Shown: piece by piece, positions 29,897 through 39,780 of the stretch
How positions within the stretch are numbered: the first letter of the stretch is position 1
Layout: each line of letters starts with the position of its first letter
Source: Planctomycetales bacterium
GTDB lineage: Bacteria; 4484-113
Assembly: GCA_037441675.1 (NCBI GenBank)
Contig: JBBIRS010000002.1
Location: 135,249-199,248 of the forward strand
Length of the DNA: 64,000 nt
Reading direction: 5' to 3'
The notes under the pieces: model-generated
Databases searched by the model: none
What the model saw: only the letters and a program-made list of their open reading frames with translations
Told to the model about the DNA's origin: nothing
Translations under genes and position numbers: made by a program

Positions 29897-30940
29897 CATC
29901 AGAATACGAAAAACGCATCCTTGCCCACTGCAAATACTTTGCCGAGCTCATTGGGCGTGAGGGCGAACGCCTGAAAGGGCAGAGTCAGCTTTAGGCGATA
30001 AAGATACTCAATCTTGAGCTTGAGAATATTTACGAGGGAATTGATACTGCGCTGAGGAGAACTGAGGCGGGGTTTCTAAAACATACGCCAAACATCTTTC
30101 CACACATCTGGACATAACCAGCAGGTTTCTTGCGGGCTTAAGCTGGTATGAGAAAATGCTGAATACCGCACTTGAGCTGAAGTTTGAACCGCTTGAGATG
30201 CACGCTCAGCTGGGTTTCTGTCTCATGCTCCTTCGGGTTGGTAGGTATGATGAAGCCGAAAAGGCAGGCATCCGCGTTAAGGAGCTGGCTGAGAAGCAGG
30301 AGGATAAGAAAGTCCTAGCTGCCTTTCTCAACAATCTGGGGACTGTCGCCCACGAACAGGGAAAATACGATGACGCAGAGAAGCTTTATCAGGAGAGCCT
30401 AAAGATTTGTCGTGAAATCGGCGACCGCTACGGGATTGCCGCATCCCTCAACAGCCTGGGGCTTTTGCATGTTAAAACAAACAATCTTAAATTCGCAAGG
30501 GAAGAACTTATCGGGGATTTATCAGTCTCAAAAGAGATTAGCAACCTACAAACGCTGATAGAGGGGTTGATGGCATCTTCCACGCTCTTAATAAAGGTTG
30601 GCGAATTTGAGAAGGGTTCTCTCGCACTTATTGGCGCCACCCACCAAGCCAAACTAAAGAACTATAATCCTTACCCGCTCTTCCAGAGGCAAGCGGAAGA
30701 AGCGATGAGACAAGCGGAGAAGCTTCTCAGCGTGGAGGAGCTTAGGGAACTAAAATCTCGCGCTGAGAGAATGACCCTTAAGGAGCTTGCTGCCTTCGCC
30801 CTGACCACGCTGGAGGGAATTGGGGACTAGAGAATGGAGAACACGGGTTAGGTAAAAGGAGTTGGAGAATTGAATAGGTGACCTAAGCACACGCGCCGTT
30901 CAGTCCGGTCTAACACACGCGGCAAGCAAGGCAAGGAATA

Positions 30941-31192
30941 TCACGAGGGATAGGATTGTGCAGGTATCCAACCAAGTGGCGAAAGGTCAAGACCTAAGGC
31001 TACCAAGCTTGAGAGCAAAGATACTCCGCCAAAGATGCCCATCAAAAAGATTAGGAGCTCGCGGAGATTGATAAATGGCAGACGTTCAGCCTCCCTATCC
31101 TCAGGAAAGGAATCTTCGTCAATGGGAAGGAAGTACTTAGGAGCATACCTCTCATAAGCTATCTTTTCCTGAGCCACCGCTTGCTTAATCAT
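30941..31192 (-). CDS. Small hypothetical membrane protein
   Basis: 83-aa ORF with one C-terminal hydrophobic segment, directly downstream of the 31216..31518 ORF. Confidence 0.55.
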   Translation of the reverse strand: MIKQAVAQEKIAYERYAPKYFLPIDEDSFPEDREAERLPFINLRELLIFLMGIFGGVSLLSSLVALGLDLSPLGWIPAQSYPS

Positions 31193-31215
31193 TAATTCAC
31201 ACGCTCGTTCCGGGC

Positions 31216-31518
31216 TTAATTTCTCAAGTAGTCTTTAGGTATCGGCTCTAACATCTCCGGAAATTCTATTTCGGAAATAGACTTTGCGCGATAAAGCTGG
31301 ATAGATGATTTTTGCCGTTCTTCCCAGCTTAATCTCTTTACCTGTCTCTGCCTAACCAAGATGAACTTTCCAATCAGGTCTTCAACCATATCCATCGGCA
31401 TACCTAGTGCGTTAGCAACTACAGAGACATCTTCACCCTCAAGTAATCTTCTTATCGCCTCTCTCTTGACGCTGGGCGAAAAGCTCCTAGTCGCTTCGTT
31501 ATTTTCTGCATCTACCAC
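31216..31518 (-). CDS. Small helix-turn-helix protein
   Basis: RSFSPSVKREAIRRLLEGEDVSVVANALGM resembles an HTH; SD GGAG before GTG. Confidence 0.6.
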   Translation of the reverse strand: MVDAENNEATRSFSPSVKREAIRRLLEGEDVSVVANALGMPMDMVEDLIGKFILVRQRQVKRLSWEERQKSSIQLYRAKSISEIEFPEMLEPIPKDYLRN

Positions 31519-31677
31519 AATTCTACTCCGCTATCAATAATTGCCTAAACACAAGAATCTATCTTTACAGACCTTACCCACTGGCATTCTCAAACTCTTA
31601 AACATTTTCTAAAAGATTCTAATAACTCAAGAAAATACATTAACTCAGATCAATTTGAAAATTTATCCCAGTTCAAC

Positions 31678-31706
31678 TTGAAAATTTTTGATTTGCAGTT
31701 TATGAT
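31678..31706 (+). promoter_or_regulatory. Sigma70-type promoter for the 31745 lipoprotein gene
   Basis: TTGAAA-N17-TATGAT; SD AAGGAG follows. Confidence 0.6.
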
Positions 31707-31744
31707 ATCCGAATAAAAGGTAACCAAAGGAGATTTACAAAATA

Positions 31745-34700
31745 ATGAAAACCCCAAGATTAATCCTTGCTTTTATTTCTCTTGCAATTTTTATAGCGTT
31801 TAGCCTTCTTGGATGCGGCGGTAGAAACAAGTCGGTTCTTACTGGAGGGGAGCTTGCTTCCGTTAGGAACAACCCGCAAGTCAACCTACCGGGAAGCACC
31901 ATTCACGAACAGTTGGAGGAGCTTTCCGCTCTAACCGCACCTGATGGAGTGAATCCCTCTACATTTGAGATGTTAAAGCAAGCTCTTGCGGAGGCTCTAA
32001 ATGAACGGCGTTCAAACAGGATTGTTTTCAAACCCCCTACTGGTCCATCCAATCGCGCAAGAAATCTACGCCTTATAAATACTGACGGAGCCTTTACCCT
32101 TAGATGGAATTATACAAACGTTGGAGATTACAACCAAGATGGTGCGGTCACAATTGCAGATGTTCTCCCCTTAGCGAGAGAATTCAGAAAACCTGTGACT
32201 CCCGATAATGAGTGGATTGACGGCGATGGTGATGGCTCAATTAACATCTCGGATGTGAAACCTCTTGCGGATAACTTCTTTAGTGTATGCGAGGGTTACA
32301 AGGTTCAGGGTTCGGACTCATCTCTCTTTTCCTGGACAGAAATTGGCACTATCACCAGAGCGGAAGCGACTGGGCCTGGAACCTTAACCTTTAATTTTGA
32401 AATTACTGACCTTTCTACTTATCAGACCTTCAGAGTTATTCCCTACGATAATCAAAACATTGACGGCGAACCTAGTGAGGATACCCTTCACGCTTATTCT
32501 TTAACTATTTCTGGAACGGTGGAATGGAACACTGGTGGAGGGGTGAATGGCGCGAACGTTACTGTCACACCTGATAATTATCTTTCCATCAATTACGCCA
32601 CAACTGGTGCCGATGGAAAATTCGAAGTCCCGGTTGCCCCAGGAATGTATCCAGTGAAAATTCTAACGCGTGTTAGCTATACAGAGCCTGACACAAACCT
32701 AGAGCTAACCGGCTTTAAGTGGACGGATACTTTGAACGATGTCGTTGCCATTCCACCAATAACGATTACTTTGACTGACCCTGCCAATTCAGAATTGACG
32801 GTCAGCGGTGGGCAGGCTCAGAACGCTGATGGCAGTATCGTTATTGAAGGTCTTGATGCAAGCATTGCAAAGGTTTGGGCGGAATCCTACGATCCAGATG
32901 AGAATCCAGAGGCTTTTCCAGGTTCTTACGAGGAAGGCGGACTCTTCTCACTTAACTCTTCGGTTTACATGTGGGCTACCGCTCAGGATACTAGCGGGTC
33001 CCAAGTTGAATGGCTATTCCAACCCGCAACCGTCAAACTGGAAATCCCCCAGACCCAGTGGCGAGACCTAACTGATATAAACGCTGGAAATGGAAGAATT
33101 GATGTTCCGATTTATGATTTTGAAGAAACTTCAGGTGAGTGGGTAGCTAGCAATGACGGTTAGCTGATTGATGAGGCTGGAAGCATCATTCCCGAAAGCG
33201 AGGAGCAGGCAATCACCCGTGGAACGTTCGGTGGACGCGTTTTTGTTACCTTTGAGGCTCCTCACTTCTCCTATTGGAATGTTGATTATCCATATATTTA
33301 TGTCTGGACACTCTCAAGACTGCCACGGGATAAAAGGAACACGGAAGTTCTATACAAGGCGATGAAGCTAGCAGAGACAATCGCCAAATCCCAAAAGTGG
33401 AAAGATGCGTATGCGAAGGTCAACAAGCCTGGAGCAACAATTGATAGTGAATACTTCACCAATGGCCAGCCTGATAATGCCGGTAAAACCGCACCTGAGG
33501 TTAACACACGCGCTATGGACTGGAATAAAGAAGTAGTTAGGGCTGATGGAAGTACATATACCACCACAACTAATGGCGAGTATTGGGGAAGAGTAAAGGA
33601 TTGGCGTCAGGACGAATTCTACATCAATAGTGCGATGTGGAATATTTACACTCAGGGTGGCACAGAGAGAAAGAAGAAAGAGGCAATTGTCCTTATGGCT
33701 TCAACAATACTCCACGAGTTTGCGCACCAGAAACAGCATGTGAAGAAGGGGGAAGAGGAAACGGAGGAAGTTGGCAAGCGACTTGAGAAGGACATCTTTG
33801 GAGGAGATGTTCACTACTGGCCAGACACTGGACTGGAGCTTGATGGCAACCCTGTAGATGATGCGACACTAGATGGCTGGCTTAATAGCGATAGCTGGCC
33901 AACTGGAGGCGCTGGAGGAAGCTCTCTTCGGGAAACAAGCGCGGTTGGTGATTCGGGACTTCAGCTTACCATCTCTACTGAATCATCCACATTTAACCCC
34001 GTTGATCCGATTTGGATAGATGTTACTTTCAGAAATAACGGAAGTTCCGCCATTCAGGTACTAGACAATATTTTCGCCATTCATTACCCGGTGCGATTCG
34101 TTATCAATGATCAGGGCGGACAAAGCGTGGAGTGGCTTGGACCCATGCTGGATATGAATATTCACCCAAGCTCATTCAAGAGGCTAAATCCGGGCGAGGA
34201 AAGTAGTGATCAGTTTGATCTACGCTACGATGAGCTCGGCAATCGTTTCCGCTTTGACTTATTTAACCCTGGCACTTACACAATCAAAGCAGTTTACACG
34301 GAATTCCTGCCTCCCTTTGACCCAGTTGAAAGCAACGAAATTACGATAACAGTAGAAACGGGTCCAACAACAACCGTTAGTGGAAATGTTACTGACGATG
34401 GAGGAAATCCCGTTGCGGATGCAAAGGTTTACCTTAGCACACTCAGCTCACTCTACGGAACTACCACCACCGATTCTAGCGGATACTACGAGTTCACAGG
34501 TGTCAGTCAGGGCAATTACGTTATGGGATTCGCAAAGAATGGATATCAAGCCAAGATGGACACAATTTCTGTCCTTCCACCTGACCCCGTCGCGAAGGAT
34601 GTTCAGCTCGCTTTGAACGCTGATGTTCCATTTACTCAACCTGTCTTTGATATTCCTGACCCCAACGTTGACCAAGTGGGGGGAACCGCTAGCTTCAGTG

Positions 34701-35323
34701 GTTACTTAACTTACTTTAATGGATTACAGATTGCGCGAGCCCTCAATGGTAGTTTCAGCCTTGTTCCATTCAATTATCAGGGTTCTGGATATGGCTCATT
34801 TAACGACCTTATAATACTCACCACCGGTGGCAATGGAATTCGCTACTACGCAGCTAACGAGCTTGGCTTTTCCATATCCCAGCAGTTTGTGGTGGCGTGG
34901 CAACCACCAGGTGATGTTTTATTCCGCGCTACGCTAACCTGGGACGGTCTTGGCGATATGGATCTACACGTTCAGGATCCCAACAACGAGCACTCCTACT
35001 ACAACAATAAGACCATCGGCTCTGGATTTTTGGATGTGGATAATACATCTGCCTACGGACCAGAAAACTTCACCTGCATAGTGTATGAAGGAAATCAGCC
35101 AATTGCAGGAACGTACCACATTTGGGTGAATTTCTTCTCAGGCCCTGAGCCAAGAAACTGCACCATTACTCTGAGGGCAAATATTGGCGAGACCTTCGAA
35201 TCCGTTGTCACAAGTGGTCCTTACTTGCTTTCAAGCGGAGATTGGTATGCGATTGATGTCAATGTAGACGATACGGGATATGTAACATGGACAATTCCCG
35301 GAACGCCACCGCTATCTCCCTAA
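31745..35323 (+). CDS. 1192-codon surface lipoprotein (dockerin-like module, Ig-like domain, HFS motif, HEXXH domain, carboxypeptidase-regulatory-like domain, YfaP/DUF2135-like C-terminus) with one internal TAG; may be a recent pseudogene
   Basis: ORFs 31745..33163 and 33362..35323 share a frame; the 66 codons between them are open (LIDEAG...PHFSYWNVDYP...KA) apart from TAG 33161-33163. Lipobox LLGC; GDYNQDGAVTIADVLPLA; ILHEFAH; DMDLHVQDP...LDVDNTSAYGPENF. Confidence 0.8.
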
Positions 35324-35359
35324 GAGTAGAAGCGGTCTAAAAGTACCTGTCGAAACGCG

Positions 35360-35395
35360 AGTGGCTCCCATAATGGTAATGGGACCACTTTTTTT
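35360..35395 (+). terminator. Intrinsic terminator
   Basis: GTGG(C)TCCCA-loop-TGGGACCAC followed by T7. Confidence 0.75.
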
Positions 35396-35463
35396 ACCAA
35401 AGTCTCCTTGCGCGAAGCATCAATAGTCACAGCTCATCTTCGTTTATTCATTTAGCGGGAAAT

Positions 35464-36636
35464 TTACTCGAAGGCGGGCAAGCCTGTTAACGCCTCGCCG
35501 AGAATTAGGCTGTGAATTTCGTGCGTCCCTTCATAAGTGATTACGCTTTCAAGGTTGCACATATGCCTCATCACGTGATACTCAAGCATAATTCCATTTG
35601 CCCCGAGAATTTGGCGTGCGGTTCTAGCAATTACAAGAGCATCTCGAACATTATTTCTCTTTGCCATTGATATCATCTGAGGAGTAGCTTTCCCTTTCTC
35701 CTTCAATCGTCCCAACCTGAGGTTTAATAACTGCATCTTCGTAATCATTGTTGCTGACTCGGCAAGCTTATCCTGAGTTAGCTGAAACCCGGCAATTGGT
35801 TTCCCGAATTGAACCCTTTCCTTTGAGTAATTAAGGGCGGTTTCAAAACAAAACATTGCTGAACCACAGGCTCCCCATGCAATGCCGTAACGCGCTTGAT
35901 TCAAGCAAGAAAGTGGAGCAGAAAGTCCAACAGCTTTTGGAAGAACATTCTCCTCAGGCACAAATACGTCCTGAAGCACAAGGCTACTTGTGACGCTTGC
36001 TCTTAAAGAAAGTTTTCTCTCATACAACGGCGCGGAAAAACCGTGAAAATCCTTCTGAACTAAGAACCCTAGCACAATTCCTTCATCGTTTTTAGCCCAA
36101 ACAACCGCTAAATCCGCAATTGAGCCATTGGTAATCCAAGCCTTTTCGCCATTTAATTTCCATCCGCCTTGAACTTTTTCAGCCCGCGTAACCATTCCCG
36201 CAGGATTACTACCATAGTCTGGCTCGGTTAATCCAAAACAACCAATTATCTCACCGCGCGCAAGCTTTGGCAAAAGATTCTTTTTTTGTTCGTCAGTCCC
36301 ATACTTGAAAATTGGAAACATAACTAGCCCACTTTGCACAGATACAAAGCTTCTTAATCCAGAGTCTCCCCACTCTAGTTCTTGATTTATAAGACCGTAA
36401 GCTACCTCAGAAACGTTGGCACAGCCATACTCCTGCGGTAATGTTGCTCCAAAGACGTTTAGCTCTGCAAGCTCTTTAACAACCTCTTGCGGGAATCGCT
36501 CCTCTTCATAGGCTTCTTCAATGGTTGGAAGATACCTCTTTTGAACCCAGCTCCTCACAGCATTCCTGATGAGAATTTCCTCTTCGGTGTATTCCTCTTC
36601 AACTAGCAGAATATCCATCGGATTTAGTCTTTCCAC
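35464..36636 (-). CDS. gcdH: Acyl-CoA dehydrogenase, glutaryl-CoA dehydrogenase type
   Basis: DSGLRSFVSVQS.LVMFPI, GCFGLTEPDYGSNP, LSLRAS.T, NLESV.TYEGTH.IH.LILG. Confidence 0.85.
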   Translation of the reverse strand: MERLNPMDILLVEEEYTEEEILIRNAVRSWVQKRYLPTIEEAYEEERFPQEVVKELAELNVFGATLPQEYGCANVSEVAYGLINQELEWGDSGLRSFVSVQSGLVMFPIFKYGTDEQKKNLLPKLARGEIIGCFGLTEPDYGSNPAGMVTRAEKVQGGWKLNGEKAWITNGSIADLAVVWAKNDEGIVLGFLVQKDFHGFSAPLYERKLSLRASVTSSLVLQDVFVPEENVLPKAVGLSAPLSCLNQARYGIAWGACGSAMFCFETALNYSKERVQFGKPIAGFQLTQDKLAESATMITKMQLLNLRLGRLKEKGKATPQMISMAKRNNVRDALVIARTARQILGANGIMLEYHVMRHMCNLESVITYEGTHEIHSLILGEALTGLPAFE

Positions 36637-36717
36637 TTTGTTACCTCCTTCACAAGAATTATATCAGCCCACTTGCATTTCATTGAGAAAAGAATTACAC
36701 TGATACTGAGATACAAA

Positions 36718-37170
36718 ATGGCACATAACCTTGCAAAAGAAGTCTTTCTTGAGTATCTGAATAGGCAGGCCTTGAAGGTGACCCGTCCTCGTCTCAAGAT
36801 TCTTGACGTTATCTTCTCAAGGGAAAAGTTTCATTTTCAAGCGGATGATTTACTTGAAGTGGTGAATGCTAGAAGCAAGGAGCGCGTTTCTCGCGCCACT
36901 GTCTACAGAACTTTGGAGCTATTGGAAGAATGTGGGCTTGTTAGAAAAGAACGTTACAAGGATCAGGTGGGCATCTATGAACGCACTCTCGGAGACGAAC
37001 ATCACGACCATTTGATCTGTACGGAATGCGGTAAAATCATTGAGTTTCATTCGCCTCAACTTGAACAGATGAAGAACAAGGTCGCGCGTGCGAACAAATT
37101 CACACCTACTCGTCACGTATTGCAAATCTTTGGGGTCTGCGAATCCTGCGCGAAGAAATTCAGATACTAG
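36718..37170 (+). CDS. fur: Fur-family transcriptional regulator
   Basis: T.PR..IL, SRATVYRTL, HHDHLICTECG, FGVCESC; TTGCAT-N17-TACACT at 36673-36701 upstream. Confidence 0.92.
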   Translation: MAHNLAKEVFLEYLNRQALKVTRPRLKILDVIFSREKFHFQADDLLEVVNARSKERVSRATVYRTLELLEECGLVRKERYKDQVGIYERTLGDEHHDHLICTECGKIIEFHSPQLEQMKNKVARANKFTPTRHVLQIFGVCESCAKKFRY

Positions 37171-37172
37171 AA

Positions 37173-39632
37173 TTAGAGCTCATTTGTATCGATTAGTTTC
37201 TTACCTGTTGAGCTCCTTTTTAGGCCTAAGCCGATGGCTAGCTGTCCTAAAGACACGCCCGCGTCATTTACTGGCACTCCACTTTGAGCAATAACTCTTA
37301 ATCCCAATGCCTTCAGCTTGTTATGCATTCCCTCTAAAAAAAGTTTATTCTGAAAGCATCCTCCGCTTAAGATTACTTGATTTACTCCCAACTCTTCAGA
37401 TGTTTTACTAGCTACTTCACTGAAACCTGAAATTAACATATCAATAAATGCCCTTGCTAATTGGCGTACAAGCGGAGGTAAATCTAAATGTGAAGTTAAC
37501 GAGAGATTTCTATCAGAGAGAGTAAAAGGAACGAAACCATTGCTCAGAAGTCTCTCAATTGCTCTCGTGATAGCACTTCGCCAATCTAATATAAGAAGAT
37601 AATCCTTCTCAAATATCCTATAAGGAAGCGGTTCGCATTTGTCAGCTTGAGATGCGCACATCTCAAGTTCAATCGCTGGTTGAGCTTCATAACTTGCTTG
37701 ATTGCAGATTCCCAGAATTGCGGAAAAGGCATCAAAAAGCCTACCTAGAGAAGTGGAAGGGACTAATCCGACACCGTCACGTATCATCTTCAGTACTACT
37801 CTTCCTCCTTCCACATTCTTTGGGCTAAGATAACTAAGAGCATCCTCTGCCAAAGAAGGCTCAGTAGAATAAATTGCGGATAATCCCAGCCTCCAAGGCT
37901 CGTGTATACTTGCCTCTCCACCGGGAAGATTGAGAGTGTAAATAGTTGCAACACGTTCGAACGAATTTAAGTCACCCACCAAGACCTCCGCACCCCAGAT
38001 TGTTCCGTCATCGCCATAACCTGTTCCGTCAAATGAAAGAGCTATCACTTGTCCATTAATATGGTTCTCAATGTAGGCAGAGGCAAGATGCGAATGATGA
38101 TGTTGAGCCTCTATGAATTTTGCATCATTTTTCTTGGCAAAAACTCTTGCAAGCTTCTTTGAATAATACAAAGGATGCTTGTCCGCAACTACTACTTCCG
38201 GTTTCTGGCGGAAAAGCTTTTGGTAGTGCTCAAGTGTTCTTCTATGAAAAGCTTGAGCAAAAATATTTTCCATATCTCCAAGATGAGGACTAATGACAGC
38301 GAACCTTCCAATAGATAAGCAGAAGGTTGACTTCAAGTCCGCCCCAAAACCTAATATAGATTGGGCAAGACATTCTTCATCCTCCCTTGTTGCAAGCGCT
38401 ACGGGATAGGGGGCATAACCTCTACCAATCCGCAAAGTTCTGGGAACTCCCATTATGAATCTCACAATGGAATCATCGCTCGGCGCAACTATTCTCCTAT
38501 TATGCATTAGGAAATAGTCTGCGATACCTGCGAGCCTTAAGAGCGCTTCCTCATTTTCAAAGGCTAAAGGTTCTTCGGAAAGATTTCCACTCGTCATAAC
38601 TAAAACCTGAAGAGTCCTATCCTCACCATCAGCCAAGGGGGTGTTGAACAAAAGAAGATGCAAGGGTGAATAAGGAACCATAACACCAAAAAGACTAGTT
38701 CTCGGCGCAACCAGAGGAGAAATCTTCTCACTAATTACGGTGTCTTTCTTTTCTAAAAGGACTATCGGGCTTATTGGGCTAGCAAGAAGAGCCATCTCAT
38801 CTGAGTTAATTTTTACAAGCTGACTCAGAAGGGCAATGTCCTTTACCACTATTGCTAAAGGCTTAAAGCGCGCTCTTCTCTTTCTCTCTCGTAACCTCTC
38901 AACCACAGAATTATTAAATGCGTCACAGGCAAGATGAAATCCGCCAATGCCTTTAATCGCTAGAATTGCGCCATCGGCTAGAAGCCTTACCGCCTTTTCA
39001 AGCGCATCCTCTCTTTCCGCTATGATTTCTCCATTGGTATTTGTTAGGAACACCTGAGGTCCACATACATGGCAGGCGTTTGGCTGGGCGTGATACCTTC
39101 TATTTGCCGAGTCCTCATATTCCGCTCGGCACTCTTCACACATTAAAAAGTCCTTCATAGTGGTATTCGGTCGGTCATAGGGAAGAGCTTCTATGATTGA
39201 ATAACGAGGTCCACAGTTGGTACAGTTAATAAATGGATAGCGATATCTGCGGTCATTCCTGTCAAGAAGTTCCTTTGCGCAATCATTACAAATGGCTGTA
39301 TCTGGCGAGACTAAAGTGACTTCTCCTTCAGCTTCTTCGCTCTCTTTGATATGAAAACCCAAAAGACCCACAGGCGGAAGAATTTCCTTGAAGGAACTTG
39401 TTATTCGGGAGATGGGAGGAGCTTCGCTATGGACTCTTTCAAAAAAATTAAGACAAGCTTCCATCTCTCCCTCAACTTCACAAAGGACACCCGTAGTTGA
39501 ATTTAGGACCCAGCCCGAAAGCTTCTCTTCCCTAGCAATGCGAGCAAGCGTTGGACGGAAACCAACACCTTGCACAATACCGGTGAAGTAGCACCTTAGG
39601 CGAACAACATCTGTATGAGCCTTATCAGTCAA
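37173..39632 (-). CDS. hypF: Hydrogenase maturation carbamoyltransferase HypF
   Basis: GIVQGVGFRP, CTNCGPRY, RRYHAQP..C..CGP, KGIGGFHL, MTSGN, QHHHSH, DGTGYGDD, SGGCFQN, NDAGVSLGQ. Confidence 0.96.
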   Translation of the reverse strand: MTDKAHTDVVRLRCYFTGIVQGVGFRPTLARIAREEKLSGWVLNSTTGVLCEVEGEMEACLNFFERVHSEAPPISRITSSFKEILPPVGLLGFHIKESEEAEGEVTLVSPDTAICNDCAKELLDRNDRRYRYPFINCTNCGPRYSIIEALPYDRPNTTMKDFLMCEECRAEYEDSANRRYHAQPNACHVCGPQVFLTNTNGEIIAEREDALEKAVRLLADGAILAIKGIGGFHLACDAFNNSVVERLRERKRRARFKPLAIVVKDIALLSQLVKINSDEMALLASPISPIVLLEKKDTVISEKISPLVAPRTSLFGVMVPYSPLHLLLFNTPLADGEDRTLQVLVMTSGNLSEEPLAFENEEALLRLAGIADYFLMHNRRIVAPSDDSIVRFIMGVPRTLRIGRGYAPYPVALATREDEECLAQSILGFGADLKSTFCLSIGRFAVISPHLGDMENIFAQAFHRRTLEHYQKLFRQKPEVVVADKHPLYYSKKLARVFAKKNDAKFIEAQHHHSHLASAYIENHINGQVIALSFDGTGYGDDGTIWGAEVLVGDLNSFERVATIYTLNLPGGEASIHEPWRLGLSAIYSTEPSLAEDALSYLSPKNVEGGRVVLKMIRDGVGLVPSTSLGRLFDAFSAILGICNQASYEAQPAIELEMCASQADKCEPLPYRIFEKDYLLILDWRSAITRAIERLLSNGFVPFTLSDRNLSLTSHLDLPPLVRQLARAFIDMLISGFSEVASKTSEELGVNQVILSGGCFQNKLFLEGMHNKLKALGLRVIAQSGVPVNDAGVSLGQLAIGLGLKRSSTGKKLIDTNEL

Positions 39633-39664
39633 CAGGAAAGATTATACCTTGCCAGAGATCATTC

Positions 39665-39693
39665 TTGACAGCCAACGCCGTCTATGATATATT
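39665..39693 (+). promoter_or_regulatory. Sigma70 promoter of the TetR-TolC-MFP-RND operon
   Basis: TTGACA-N17-TATATT with an extended -10 TG. Confidence 0.8.
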
Positions 39694-39729
39694 GACTGAC
39701 TGGCCAGTCAATGACTGAACAGTCAGTCA
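39693..39729. promoter_or_regulatory. Putative TetR operator (nested palindromes)
   Basis: TGACTGAC...GTCAGTCA enclosing TGACTGGCCAGTCA (perfect 14-bp palindrome, 39697-39710) and TGACTGAACAGTCA (39712-39725), overlapping the predicted start site. Confidence 0.8.
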
Positions 39730-39780
39730 GATACAATAAGCTTTTTTATAAGTTTATCCAAAACGTTTATTGAGACTAAT

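Larger units (their letters stand above)
28183..30830 (+). pseudogene. Class III adenylate/guanylate cyclase - STAND/NB-ARC ATPase - TPR fusion, interrupted by three in-frame TAGs and one frameshift
   Basis: ORFs 28162..28695 and 28735..29994 share a frame (LRDLA*PERLYQVTHP*FPVREFPPL); TAG 29992 is followed by AIKILNLELENI; frameshift near 30066-30115 into the frame of 30156..30830. Motifs LFTDI, GDG, APGGYGKSRLA, LFDNFEH, TSRE, LEGVPL.IEL, TPRs. Confidence 0.85.

Noticed and set aside
30066..30115. Programmed -1 frameshift in the cyclase-STAND gene
   Set aside because: No in-frame X XXY YYZ slippery heptamer; with three upstream stops, a simple deletion or assembly error is more likely.
31216..31518. 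IS3-family transposase OrfA
   Set aside because: Only a generic HTH; no integrase-core OrfB or terminal inverted repeats seen.
33168..33365. 65-aa ORF between the two lipoprotein fragments
   Set aside because: Shadow frame; the lipoprotein frame runs openly through this interval and contains the HFSYWNVD motif.
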